Shown here in pieces: positions 51,100 through 62,002 of a DNA stretch of 64,000 bases. Position numbers and translations under genes: made by a program. Position 1 is the first letter of the stretch. Each line of letters begins with the position of its first letter. The DNA is taken from assembly GCF_004010195.1 (NCBI RefSeq), contig NC_057752.1:12898381-12962380 (forward strand). The letters run 5' to 3'. Under the pieces are notes generated by a model. The model was given only the letters and a program-made list of their open reading frames with translations, was not told the DNA's origin and searched no databases. This stretch comes from Chiloscyllium plagiosum. Taxonomy: Eukaryota.

Positions 51100-52520
51100 G
51101 TAGTATGGAAAATGCTAAGAGTCCATTATAAAAGACTGACTAGGAGGGCACTTGGAAAACAATAACAGGATCAGACAGAATCAGTATGAGTTTACTGGAA
51201 GGGGTATCATGCTTGACAAATCTGGTGTTTTCAAGGATATAATTTGTAGAGTTGTTAAGGAAGAGCCGTTGATGGAGTTTACTTGGACATTTGATAAGGT
51301 CCAACTAAGAAATGAGCATGTAAAAATAAAACACATTGAATTGGGTGTATTGTACTGAAATGGATAGGGAACACTGGTTGGTAGTCAGGAAACAGAGTAG
51401 AAATGAATGGGTCATTTTCTGACTGGTGGCCAGCAACGAGTGGGGTATCCAGGGATCAGTGCTTGGACCCCAGCTATTCACAATATATATTAATGATTTA
51501 GTTGAGGAAACTAAATGTAGTATTTCCAAACTTACAGATGACACAATGCTGGGTGAGAGGGTGAAAAGGATGCTTCAGTGTAATTTGGAAACGTTGAGTG
51601 AGTGGGCAAATGTATGGCAGATGAAATATGTTGTGGATAAATGAGAGCTTATCAACCTTGGTGATAAAAACATGATAGTAGATTATTATATGAATGGCAA
51701 TAGATTGGGAAAGGGGAAGTGTAATGAGATATGGCTGTCCTTGTACACCAGTTACTGAAAGTAAGCAGGTGCAGCAGGCGGTGAAGAAAACAAATGCTAT
51801 GTTGTCCTTCATAGCAAGACCATTTGGGTACAAGAGCAGGGATGTCTTGCTGTAGTTGTATAGGGCTTTGATGAAACCATGCTCAGAGTATTGTGTGTAG
51901 TTTTGGTCTCCTTACCTGAGGAAAGGTGTTCTGGCGATGGAGGGAGTGCAGCAAAGGTTTCCCGGACTGATTCCTGGGATGGCAGGACTGATATATAAAG
52001 GGATTCTGGATTAGTGGTGCTGGAAGAGCACAGCAGTTCAGGCAGCATCCAAGGAGCTTCGAAATCTTTATTCCTGATGAAGGGCTTTTGCCCGAATCGT
52101 CGACTTCGAAGCTCCTTGGACACTGCCTAAACCGCTGTGCTCTTCCAGCACCACTAATCCAGAATCTGGTTTCCAGCATCTGCAGTCATTGTTTTTACCT
52201 CGTTGATATATAAAGGGAGTTGACCTTAAAGAGGTTTATAAAATCATGAGAGTGTGGATAAGGGTAATGGCAGGTGCCTTTTCCCTAGGATGGTGGAGTT
52301 CAAGACTAGGGGGCATATTTTTAAGGTGAGAGGAGAAAGATTTAAAAAGGACATGAGGGGTAACTTTTTTCTACACAGTGATTCATGTGTGGAATGAACA
52401 TCCTGAGGATGTGGTCAGTGCAGGTACAGTTACAATGTTTAAAAGATATTTGGATAAGTGCATGAATAAGAGGGCTTGGGCTAAGTGCAGGCAGTTGGGA
52501 CTAGTTTAGTTTGGGATTAC
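51100..52520 (+). mobile_element. CR1 RT-to-3' fragments with nested PLE mini-insertion
   Basis: QGSVLGPQLFTIYINDL..SKLTDDT. Confidence 0.85.
52004..52203. mobile_element. 200-bp inverted PLE mini-insertion with hammerhead and 15-bp TSD
   Basis: TSD tgatatataaaggga at 51989-52003 and 52204-52218; attc-ctgatga-agggc-tttt-gccc-gaat-cgtc at 52070-52101. Confidence 0.9.
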
Positions 52521-52629
52521 GTTCAGGTCGAATTTGGGATTGAGGCCCAGTAGGACGGATGGTTAAAAGCTTGGTCAAAGAAGTAGTTTTTTAGGAGCAT
52601 CTTGAATTTGTGGTATAAGGAGGGAGGTG

Positions 52630-52740
52630 TGCTCTTGTGCAGTGGTAGTGTCCAAACCTCTGAACCAGGCGACCTAGGTTCAAGTCCTACCTGCTGCAGC
52701 AGTGTGGAGTAACATCTCTGAACAGATTGGTTAGAAACAA
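52630..52740 (+). mobile_element. Short tRNA-derived SINE (family D)
   Basis: gtgcagtggtagtgtcc A-box, ggttcaagtcc B-box, aacatctctgaacag. Confidence 0.6.
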
Positions 52741-54119
52741 CCTCAAGTTAGAGAGGAAGGTGGCAAGAGTTCAGGGGGACAGGATGCTCCTTTCTCCTCA
52801 TAGTCCCCATCCGAGATGAAATGCGGTTATAGTTAATTCCAACTCCCGCCCCTTCACTTTGACTCAGCAGCGGAGACTGGGTGAGGGCTGCAAGTCTGTG
52901 TTCTCAAATGACATCTGGGGAATTCTGAAAAGGAAAGAAGTTTGAGATGTGTTAATAAATCCAATGACACATTGGATGGTGTGTCTCTCACTTCCACTTT
53001 GGTGTGCATTCGCACTATTCCTCAGCATTCAAATAGCAACTGCAGCCTCTTGTTGGGTCCACTTTGAGAGATTAGTAGCTTTCACAACTGTTGTTGTGGC
53101 CCTTTTAACTGCAATCCGCAAATCTGGCAACTCACCTCAGGCAGTGCTACTGCTGGATGGCAATCACATCATTGCCTGAGGCAGGCAGACTGATGATTTA
53201 AAAGGGCTCTGCCAGTTCCCATTACGCCAAAACCACAATCACATTTCATACATCTGTGTCCGCAAACAGACAACGTCCCTCGAGAGTTCTGGAGCCCAGG
53301 CAGCGACTGTCAGCAAGCTATTTGACTGTAGTAGGCTGCACTGATCCTGACTTCACCCAGAGCCTAAGCTGAGAGCAGTAACCTGAGCTGTAAAAATCAC
53401 AGACAAGGAATGGAGGATCAGAATGAGCACAGAGAAGGGAGCCATTCAGCCCACCAATGCTATCTCTGGTAGAGCCATCCAGCTAGTCACACAACATCAC
53501 TCTACTGTCCCCATAGCCCTGCATGCTGATACCCAGCAAACTTCCCTGGTTGATTGGTCAGCAGGTTTTAGGGGATTGCATTTAGCACCCAGGGGTCCTG
53601 ATCACGGGGAATGCCAGCTGGTGGCTACTTAAATGCCTGAGAGAATTTAATAACAGCAGGTCTCTCCTAGAGGAGGCAGTGCAACCTCTATCTTTCCAGC
53701 CATTTGGCAATACCGACTCCTCCATAAAATCCCACCCTTAAAATGTACCACACAGAAACAGGCCATTCAGCCCCACTGTGCACTGCTTGTCTTTAGGACC
53801 AGAAGAATCTGCTCCCACCCAATGATTTTCAAAAAAAGATTTTCAGGGATGACACAAGAACTGAACAGATTGCTTTGCAGGCAAGATCGAACAAACTGGG
53901 TCTCTTCTTGAGAAGAGAAAAAGTGGAGGGGAACACTAGCTCTTTAAGATAATGAAAAGGTTCAGTCAGGTGGATGTAGAGATGATGCTTCCAGTTGTGA
54001 GAGAGACCAATGCAAGGAGCCTTAAATGTTAGAGAGTCTAGTGTATTCAGTCAAAACTTCCTCACAGAGAGATCAGTGAAAACCTGAAGCCGGTTACCAC
54101 ACAGAGTGGATTGTTTTTA

Positions 54120-54370
54120 AAATTCTTCCATGGGATTTGGGAACTGCTGGAAAGGCCAGTATTTGTTGCCCATCCCTAATTGCCCTCGAACTAAGTCTCT
54201 TGGCCATTTCAGATGGTGGTTAAGATTTAACCACATTGGCTGTGGGCTTGGAGTTATGTGTAGGCCACACCGTGTAAGGATGGCAGACTTAACATCAGTG
54301 AAGTGGATGGAGTTTTTCCAACAATCGACTTGAATTTAAATTTCACCAGTTTTGGTCTCTGGATTAATGA
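54120..54370 (-). mobile_element. SINE family B
   Basis: gttgcccatccctaattgccctcgaact..aaccacattggctgtggg. Confidence 0.7.
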
Positions 54371-55139
54371 TGCTGTGGTCTACATTCTTTCGAATTATTT
54401 TGTCATAACAAAAACATAGATGGCCCGGGGTAAAGTTCTAAGTAGCATCTTAAATGAAGGCAGAGAGGTTCCGGGAGGGAAATGCAGAACTTAGGACTCG
54501 TGGTAGCTGCAGGCAGAGTCATTAAAGTTGATACTGTGCAAAACATCAGATTTGGAATAGTTCAGAGATCTCGGAGGCCTATAGGGTGAATGAGAGTACA
54601 GAGACAGGGACAAGACATCCCTTATACACAAGGGTTATTCAAAACATTTGAAAAGGGCTCCTGCCCAAGCATGCAGTTAACAAGTCTGTTATGATGCAGG
54701 TTCTGTTTATGGTACCATTCTTGGGGTTGTCCCTTGTTGCTGAATTTCTGAATTGGTTTTCTGAATTCTTTTATCCACTAGCCACTTAAGAGACAGGAGC
54801 CCTTTATTCCAGTTTCCTCCTTTTAATTCACAATCAGCTTCCACAGGTAAAAGAGACGTCTATGCTACCAAGGCCCGAGTAACATCCCATTGAACACTGC
54901 TGGGAGGCATCTTTCTTTAATTTGCCCATGAAGCCACCTGCAGACCTATTACCATGGAAACTTGACAAGAAATGTGCGTACCTTCATGAAGTTATGAAAA
55001 TGAAGGTGGAGCTGTTTGGAATGATGGTGGGATTCTATTAACAGGACGAAAAGGTGCCAGGGTTTTCATGAGCTGTGAAGATTGTACTCCTGTTAAAAAT
55101 ATTTGTGAGATACATGAGAAAGAGATAGAGACTGGCATA

Positions 55140-55300
55140 ACAGGGAGACAGTGAGGTCTGCAGATGCTGGAGATCAGAGTTGAGAGTGTGTTGCTGGAAA
55201 AGCACAGCAGGTCAGGCAGCATCCGAGGAGCAGGAAAATCGATGTTTTGGGCTGGAGCCCTTAGTCAGGAATGATAAATGGGAGGGGAGGGAGGGAGCTG
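55140..55300 (-). mobile_element. PLE pLTR fragment with mutated hammerhead
   Basis: Minus strand attc-ctgacta-agggc-tcca-gccc-aaaa-catc. Confidence 0.8.
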
Positions 55301-56032
55301 GGGAGGGGCGTCATTGAATTCCCCTTTCTCCTGTGTATCACTGGGTCACTGCTCTCATGGTCGCTGATCGTGTGAGGCTCTAATGATCAGAAAGTCTTCA
55401 CAAGAGGGTGTTGGTGGATCCCGATATTGGGCAGAATCCCATTAGCGTGTGGGAGGTGGTTGGGGGGGGGGGCATGAGAAATGTTGACATTCGTGGAACA
55501 CTTAAACGAGATGTTTGGCTAAGCCCACCTTGACGTCAGGAGTATCTCGTTCAACCTTTCATTCTTTTACCAAGCAGCGAGGTGAGTTTCCCACTGATCA
55601 GCTGTCAATGAAGGGGGTGTGTTTAATGCTTGTTAGCCTTAAACGCCTTGCTAGCAACTCAACTCACCTTCTTAATATTCAGCTATCTTCCCAAACAGGC
55701 TGAACAAACTCGATGCCAAGCTGCCTCCAGCTTGGGTACCTTGCAACTTCAGCTCACTCCTGGCTGCTGCCAGCCTCTGCAACTCAGGGCACAATCCATG
55801 GACACCAGCCACGTACAGCCCTCTTCCATGGACATTGGTGTCGGATACTTGCCTAGCCCGCGTGGGCATGTTGAGGGACTCAGTAAAGTTAGGAAAGAGG
55901 TACGTGAAGAAAAGTTGGTGTCCAGGTACTGAGGGACTGGAAACCATTGAACTCCCCTCAGGATCTGCACCTTACAAAGGGCGTACATTGTGAGTCAACA
56001 GGGTTGACAATGTACCGTGGCTCCTCAGAATG

Positions 56033-56246
56033 TATGAAGTGAGGACTGCAGATGCTGAAGACGTCAGAATCGAAAAGGTGGCACTGGAAAAGCACAGCAG
56101 GTCAGGCAGCATCTGAGAAGCAGAAGAGTTGATGTTTCAGCCATAAGGGCTACATTCCTGATGAAGAGCTTATGCCTGAAACATCGACTCTCCTGCTCCT
56201 TGGATGTTGCCTGACCTACTGTGCTTTCTACCTCCACCCTTTTCGA
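56033..56246. mobile_element. 214-bp inverted PLE mini-insertion with hammerhead and 12-bp TSD
   Basis: TSD ctcctcagaatg at 56021-56032 and 56247-56258; attc-ctgatga..gaaa-catc-gact at 56154-56189. Confidence 0.88.
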
Positions 56247-56534
56247 CTCCTCAGAATGGAACCTGGTCAAGAGAAAAAAAGATACCTATTGCATGGCCTG
56301 CCATTTCCAGTTTGAAATGATTTTGCCCTCAGCTGTATACCCAATGTGGAATGTATTTGTATAAATATTAAAACTATTGCAAGCGTATGGAATGGAAGTT
56401 GCTATATTGGGGCAAGTTGAATTTTATTACAAATGCTGTAATATTCAAATTGAAATCTTTCGTAATGTATTTCATTTTGCAAATTTGATGAACTAGGCGT
56501 ATTATTTTGAAAAAAGAACTTGATTATTGAAAGG

Positions 56535-56800
56535 AAAAACCTGTTGTCAAACTTTCTTGTCTTACACCCCATCAGGACCAATGCAAGAATGCCAAATTTC
56601 AGACAATTTATCTGACCAAAGATAGAGGTGACAATTGACAAGTCAACTCTGGGTCAAGGCATTGCCAAGGGGAAAAAGAAAGGCAAACATTTCTTTTCCT
56701 TGGTAGTAGAAATTGGAATCATTTAAAATTTAGCATTCATGTATTTGTTTTCTGGTGAGTGAAAGAGCAGAAATGTTGGCAGCGTATATGTTTTCTTTTC
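56535..56800 (-). mobile_element. Old PLE pLTR relic (family of 28580-29120)
   Basis: Minus strand gtc-ctgatgg..gtaagacaagaaagtttgac is a decayed hammerhead-like motif. Confidence 0.45.
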
Positions 56801-57919
56801 AATTGACTGAGTCAGCAGTGTCAATACGCATTCCTCTGATGTCTTAAAATACATGAAGGTGGATAAATCCCCGGTACCTGATCAGGTGTCCCCTGGAACA
56901 CTGTGGGAAGCTAGGGAAGTGATTGCTGGGCCCATTGCTGAGATATTTGTATCATCGATAGCCACATGTGAGGTGCCGGAAGACTGGAGTTTGGCAAATG
57001 TGGTAACACTGTTTAAGAAAGGTGGTAAGGAAAAGCCAGGGAAATATTGACTAGTGGGCCTGACATCAGTAGTGGGCAAATGTAGGGAATCCTGAGGGAC
57101 AGGATTTGCATGTATTTGGAAAGGCAAAGACTGATTAAGGATAATCAACATGGCTTTGTGTGTGGGAAATCAATTCTCTAACCTGATTGAGTTTTTTGAA
57201 CAAGTAACGCAGATGATTGATGAGGACAGAGCAGTGGATGTGATCTATATGATCCTCAGTAAGGCGTTGGACAAGGTTCCTTATGGTAGACTGGTTAGAT
57301 CACATGGAATACAGGGAGAACTAGCCATTTGGATAAAGAACTGGCTCGAAGGTAGAAAGCAGAGGGTGGTGGTGAAGGGTTGCTTTTCAGATTGGAGGCC
57401 TGTGACTCGTGATGTGCCACACAGATTAGTGCTGAGTCCACTGCTTTTTGTCATACATATAAATGATTTGGATGTGAACCCAGGAGGTATAGTTAGTAAG
57501 TTTGTAGATGACACCAAAATTGGAGGTGTAGTGGACCGTGAAGAAGATTACCTCAAAGTATGACGGGATCTTGATCAGATGGGACAATGGGCCGAAGAGT
57601 GGCAGATGGAATTTAATTTAGATAAATGTGAGGTGCTGCATTTCGGAAAGGCAAATCAGGGCAGGCCTTATACACTTAATGGTAAGGTCCTAGGGAGTGT
57701 TGCTGAACAAAGAGACCTTGGAGTGCAGGTTCATAGCTCCTTGAAAGTAGAGTCGCAAGTGGATAGGATAGTGAAGAAGGTGTTTGGTATGCTTTCCTTT
57801 ATTGGTCAGAGTATTGAGTACAGGAGTTGGGAGGTCGTGTTGTGGCTGTACAGGCATTGGTTAGGCCACTTTTGGAATATTGCGGGCAATTCTGGTCTCT
57901 TTCCTATGGGGAAGATGTT

Positions 57920-58385
57920 TTTTTTTAATTCCCTACAGTGTGGAAACAGGCTCTTCGGCCCAACCAGTCCACACTGACCCTTCGAAGAGTAAGCCACCAA
58001 GACCCATTTCCCTCTGACTAATGCACCTAACACTATGGGTAATTTAGGTAAAAACAAAGACTGCAGATGCTGGAAACCAGATTCTGGATTAGAGTGGTGC
58101 TGGAAAAGCACATCAGGTCAGGCAGCATCCGAAGAGCAGGAAAATCGACGTTTCGAGCAAAAACCCTTCATCAGGAATACAGCACTATGGGTAATTTAGC
58201 ATGGCCATTTCACCTAACCTGCACATCTTTGGACTGTGGGAGGAAACCGGGGTACCCGGAGGAAACCCACGCAGACACAGGGAGAATGTGCAAACTCCAC
58301 ACAGATAGTCACCCGAGGCTGGAATCGAACCTGGGACTCTGGCGCTGTGAGGCAGCAGTGCTACCCACTGAGCCACTGTACCGAT
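57920..58385 (-). mobile_element. HE1-type V-SINE containing a PLE mini-insertion
   Basis: HE1 head at 58340-58385; A-tail (T9 on +) at 57918-57926. Confidence 0.9.
58048..58182 (-). mobile_element. 135-bp PLE mini-insertion with hammerhead and 17-bp TSD
   Basis: TSD cactatgggtaatttag at 58031-58047 and 58183-58199; minus strand attc-ctgatga-agggt-tttt-gctc-gaaa-cgtc-gatt. Confidence 0.9.
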
Positions 58386-58449
58386 GAAATGTTTGCTATG
58401 GAGTGCATATAGGGACATCCTTGCAGGTCTTACCTGCCTTCAGTTAGCT

Positions 58450-58757
58450 AGATTAGATTACTTACAGTGTGGAAACAGGCCCTTTGGCCCAACAAGTCCA
58501 CACCGATCCTCCAAAGAGCAACCCACCCAGACCCATTCCTCTACATTTATCCCCTCACCTAACACTACGGGCAATTTAGCATGGCCAATTCACCTAACCT
58601 GCACGTTTTTGGACTGTGGGAGGAAACCGGAGCACACGGAGGAAACCCACGCAGACACTGGGAGAACGTGCAAACTCCACACAGACAGTTGCCTGAGGCG
58701 GGAATTGAACCCGGGTCTCTAGCGCTGTGAGGCAGCAGTGCTAACCACTGTGCCACA
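58450..58757 (-). mobile_element. HE1-type V-SINE, young copy
   Basis: Very similar to 41740-42058; (taatc)n tail. Confidence 0.92.
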
Positions 58758-59020
58758 GTTGTGAAACTTGAAGAGGTTCAGAAAAGATTTATAAGCATGT
58801 TGCCAGGGTTAAAGGATTTGAGCTATAGGGAGAGGCTGAATAGGCTGGGCTACTTTCCCTGGAGTGTCGGAGGCTGAGGGGTGACCTTATAGAGGCTTAT
58901 AACATCATGAGGGGCATGGATAGGATAAATAGCCAAGATCTTTTCCCTGGGGTGGGGGAGTCCAGAACTAGAGAGCATATATTTAGGGTGAGAGGGGAAA
59001 GATATAAAAGAGATCTAAGG

Positions 59021-59180
59021 GGCACTCCCTCAGCAGTGACCCTCCGATAGTGCGGCACTCCCTCAGCACTGACCCTCCGACAGTGCGGCACTCCCTCAGC
59101 ACTGACCCTCTGACAGTGCGGCACTCCCTCAGTACTGACCCTCTGACAGTGCGGCACTCCCTCAGCACTGATCCTCTGAC
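59021..59180 (+). repeat. 33-bp minisatellite, about 4.8 copies
   Basis: Unit ggcactccctcagcactgaccctccgacagtgc starting at 59021, 59054, 59087, 59120, 59153. Confidence 0.95.
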
Positions 59181-59944
59181 CAGGCAATGAGCCCGAGTGT
59201 TCATGCAGCAAACGTGTTGAATGGAGTAGGTATTGACATTGTGTGACAGTGAGGGGATAGTCTGTTTATTGCTCTCCTCCTAATCTGTATTCCCAGTTGC
59301 CGGATCTGACAGGTTCTTAACAAGACCAGTTTGAATGAGGAAGGCCCTATGGCCCTTATTTGAACATGTCAAAGATGTATTATAATTACATTGTATGTTG
59401 CGAATAATGTTGATTTTGTGACAGAGGTTGGGTTGTAACATGTTTGTGTACAATGTATGATGCAAGTGTAATTCGTTGGTTGTGAAGTGCTTAGGCATGT
59501 GGAAAGAATATCTTTTCTCTCTGCTGCGAACCTAACGAAGGACAGTGTGGTTCGCAGAGAGAAACTGTCTCCTCTGCTTGGAGAGTCCAGACAACGGGGT
59601 GTAACCTTAAAATGATAGGGAGACTGTTCAGGAGGCACTTGTTCACACCAAGTGGAATGTAAATCTGCATTGTTCTCACCTCAACTCATTTTATTGTTTT
59701 GTAGCATTATTAATCGTTTTGCAAGCAGAAATGAAATGAAGATAGATACAGTCATGTGAGGAGCTGAATGGTCCTCTGCTATTCCAGTGCTTTATATCTC
59801 AGAGATCCCCTACAGTGTTGAAACAGGCCATTCAGCTCAAGTTGTCCACACTGACTCTCCAAAGAGCATCCCAACCAGACTCACCCCCTACTCTATCCCT
59901 GCATTTCCTATGGCTAATCCATCTACCCTACACATCCTTGGACA

Positions 59945-60149
59945 GGAAGAAAGTGAGGACTGCAGGTGCTGGAGATCAGAGTCAAAAAGTATAGTGCTGG
60001 AAAAGCACAGCGGGTCAGGCAACATCCAAGGAGCAGCAGAGTCGAAATTTCAGGCATAAGCCCCTCATCAGGAAATACAGTGTCACTATAAAACATCAAC
60101 ACATTCCTGATGAAGGGCTTATGCCCGAAACGTTGACTCTCCAGCACCA
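59945..60149. mobile_element. Inverted PLE mini-insertion with two opposed hammerheads and ~14-bp imperfect TSD
   Basis: TSD cacatcc(t/c)tg(g/a)aca at 59931-59944 and 60150-60163; hammerheads at 60041-60074 (-) and 60103-60138 (+). Confidence 0.85.
60103..60138 (+). ncRNA. Minimal type I hammerhead ribozyme motif (best-preserved copy)
   Basis: auuc-CUGAUGA-a-GGGC-uuau-GCCC-GAAA-c-GUU-gacu: both core boxes, 4-bp stem II, palindromic aacguu minimal stem III, NUH triplet; stem I is weak. Confidence 0.7.
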
Positions 60150-60354
60150 CACATCCCTGAACACTATGGGCAATTTAGCATGGTCAATCCACCCTAACCT
60201 GCACAACTTTGGATTGTGGGAGGAAACCGGAACATGGAGGCACAGGGAGAATGTGTAAACTCCACACAGACACTTGCCCAAGGGTGGAATTGAACCTGGT
60301 CCCTGACGCTGTGAGGCAGCAATGCTAGCTACTGAGTCAGCATGCCGCTCCTTG

Positions 60355-60391
<37 letters not shown>

Positions 60392-60480
60392 TTTGCTCTG
60401 TGTCTTTGTATCTCTCTGTTTTTTTTGTTGCTCTCTTTGTATCTCCTATTATATCTCTCGCTTTCTCTCCCTCTGCTTCC
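60355..60480 (+). repeat. (CT)n microsatellite and pyrimidine-rich tract
   Basis: Perfect (tc)n at 60357-60387. Confidence 0.95.
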
Positions 60481-60894
60481 TGGTTATTCAGCCACAAAGA
60501 AGGTGCACCATCCTGGAATTTACTGCACTTCCAGCCACCACGCACACCATCTTTCTTGCTTCCAGCACATGGCTGCCATTGTCTACAGAACTTTCGGTCT
60601 GCAAACCACAATCCCTAATGCTCCCAGCCCCATCAGAGAATGGCAGCTAGCTCCACACCTTTCTCACAAGAATGGCTGAAGGCACTGCATCAACACCATA
60701 GGGATTTCAGTGTGAGATCTTGTGGTGAGTGAATGCCTCATCTCCCATGCTCCTTCCCACCCTGGTTGTTGTAAGAGGAAGAGGTACAGGTCAGGGGATG
60801 GGGAAATGAAAGGATTTTAACTCCCTGACCAAATGGGATGTGAGTTAAAGCTATCACTCTCAAAACTCCCTATGGCCAGTCTAGAATTGGATAA

Positions 60895-61985
60895 ACTTGA
60901 TAAAGGGAAATTGATGAATGTATATATTTAGATTTTCAGAAGTCTTGTGATAACATTCCACACCGGGGGTTATATTAATATTAGAATATTAAATTGCTCA
61001 GGATAGGAGGTAATATCCATGGATTAATGATTGGTTAACAGAGACAGAGTGTGGGCCATTCTCACGTTGACAGTCTGTGACAGTGGGGTACCGCAGGGGT
61101 CAGTACTTGGACCCTAGTTGTTCACAATATAGATCAATGGTATGGGTGTGGCGACCACTTGCAATGTTTCCAAATCTGTAGATGAGCAAGACTGTGTGTT
61201 CCAAGGAAGATGTCAACTGTTTTCAGGAGGATTTGGACAGACTCTTTGAATGGACGAGAACATGGCAGATGGAATATGATGTGGGAAAAGGTGTTCAGAA
61301 GTATTCCTTAAATGGTAAGATTTTGGAAAGTGTAAATGTATAAAGGGACCTAGGTGTCCTTGCTAATAAGTCACTGAAGATCAACATTCAGGTGCAGCAA
61401 GCTATTGGGAAGGTGAATGTAATGTCAGCCTTTATTGTCAGAGGGTTTGAGTACAGGAGCAGTGAAATCTTGCTTTAATTTTACAGGAGCTTGGTTAGAC
61501 TGCAGCTGGAGTATTGAGTGCAGTTCTGGTCTCCATATCTCAGGGAAATAACGATTGAGTTTCAATTGACTCGTTCCCAGAATGGTGGGACCATCCCATG
61601 CTGGGATATTGGGCAAAACTGAGCTTATATTCTCTAGTGTATTAGAAAATGAGAGCTGGTCTCATTAAAATCGATAAAGTAGATGGAGGTAAGTCCGAGT
61701 TGGCCAAGCTGGGACCAGGGGTACAACTTAAAAATAAGGGGGCTGCCCTTCCAGGCCGAGATGAGGCGAGTTGTTTTTTTTTACTTAGAGGGGTATGAAT
61801 CTTTGGAATTCTCTCCATGCGATGGCAGTATTAGCTCAATGAGTAGGTTTAAAGCAGAGATTGGCCGATCTTTGACTGTGTTTGATATACAGGGTTATGG
61901 CAATGGGGATATGGCAATGGGGATATGGCAATAAAATGTGTTGAAGTGGTTGAAGTGATCACTCATGATTCTGTTAAGAGCATAG
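60895..61985 (+). mobile_element. Old CR1 RT-to-3' fragment
   Basis: ggggtaccgcaggggtcagtacttggacc; ctggagtattgagtgcagttctggtctcc. Confidence 0.8.
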
Positions 61986-62002
61986 CATCATCCCATTCAT
62001 AT

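Larger units (their letters stand above)
56845..59024 (+). mobile_element. CR1/HER1 LINE RT region, split by a SINE cassette and truncated at a minisatellite
   Basis: KVDKSP.PD..P..L, VPEDW..ANV..LFKKG, SKFVDDTKIGG, WQMEFNLDKCEVLHFG; resumes at 58758. Confidence 0.92.
59800..60345 (-). mobile_element. HE1-type V-SINE containing a PLE mini-insertion
   Basis: HE1 tail at 59800-59930; head at 60240-60345. Confidence 0.88.

Noticed and set aside
53135..53181. Hairpin beginning aggcagtg, reminiscent of miR-34/449
   Set aside because: Only a 12-bp stem and 47 nt in total, too short for a pre-miRNA; the match is limited to the seed region.
55630..55932. 100-aa ORF with nearby GAG|GTGAGT donor (55581) and an acceptor-like site
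   Set aside because: No recognisable domain and no convincing in-frame exon chain.
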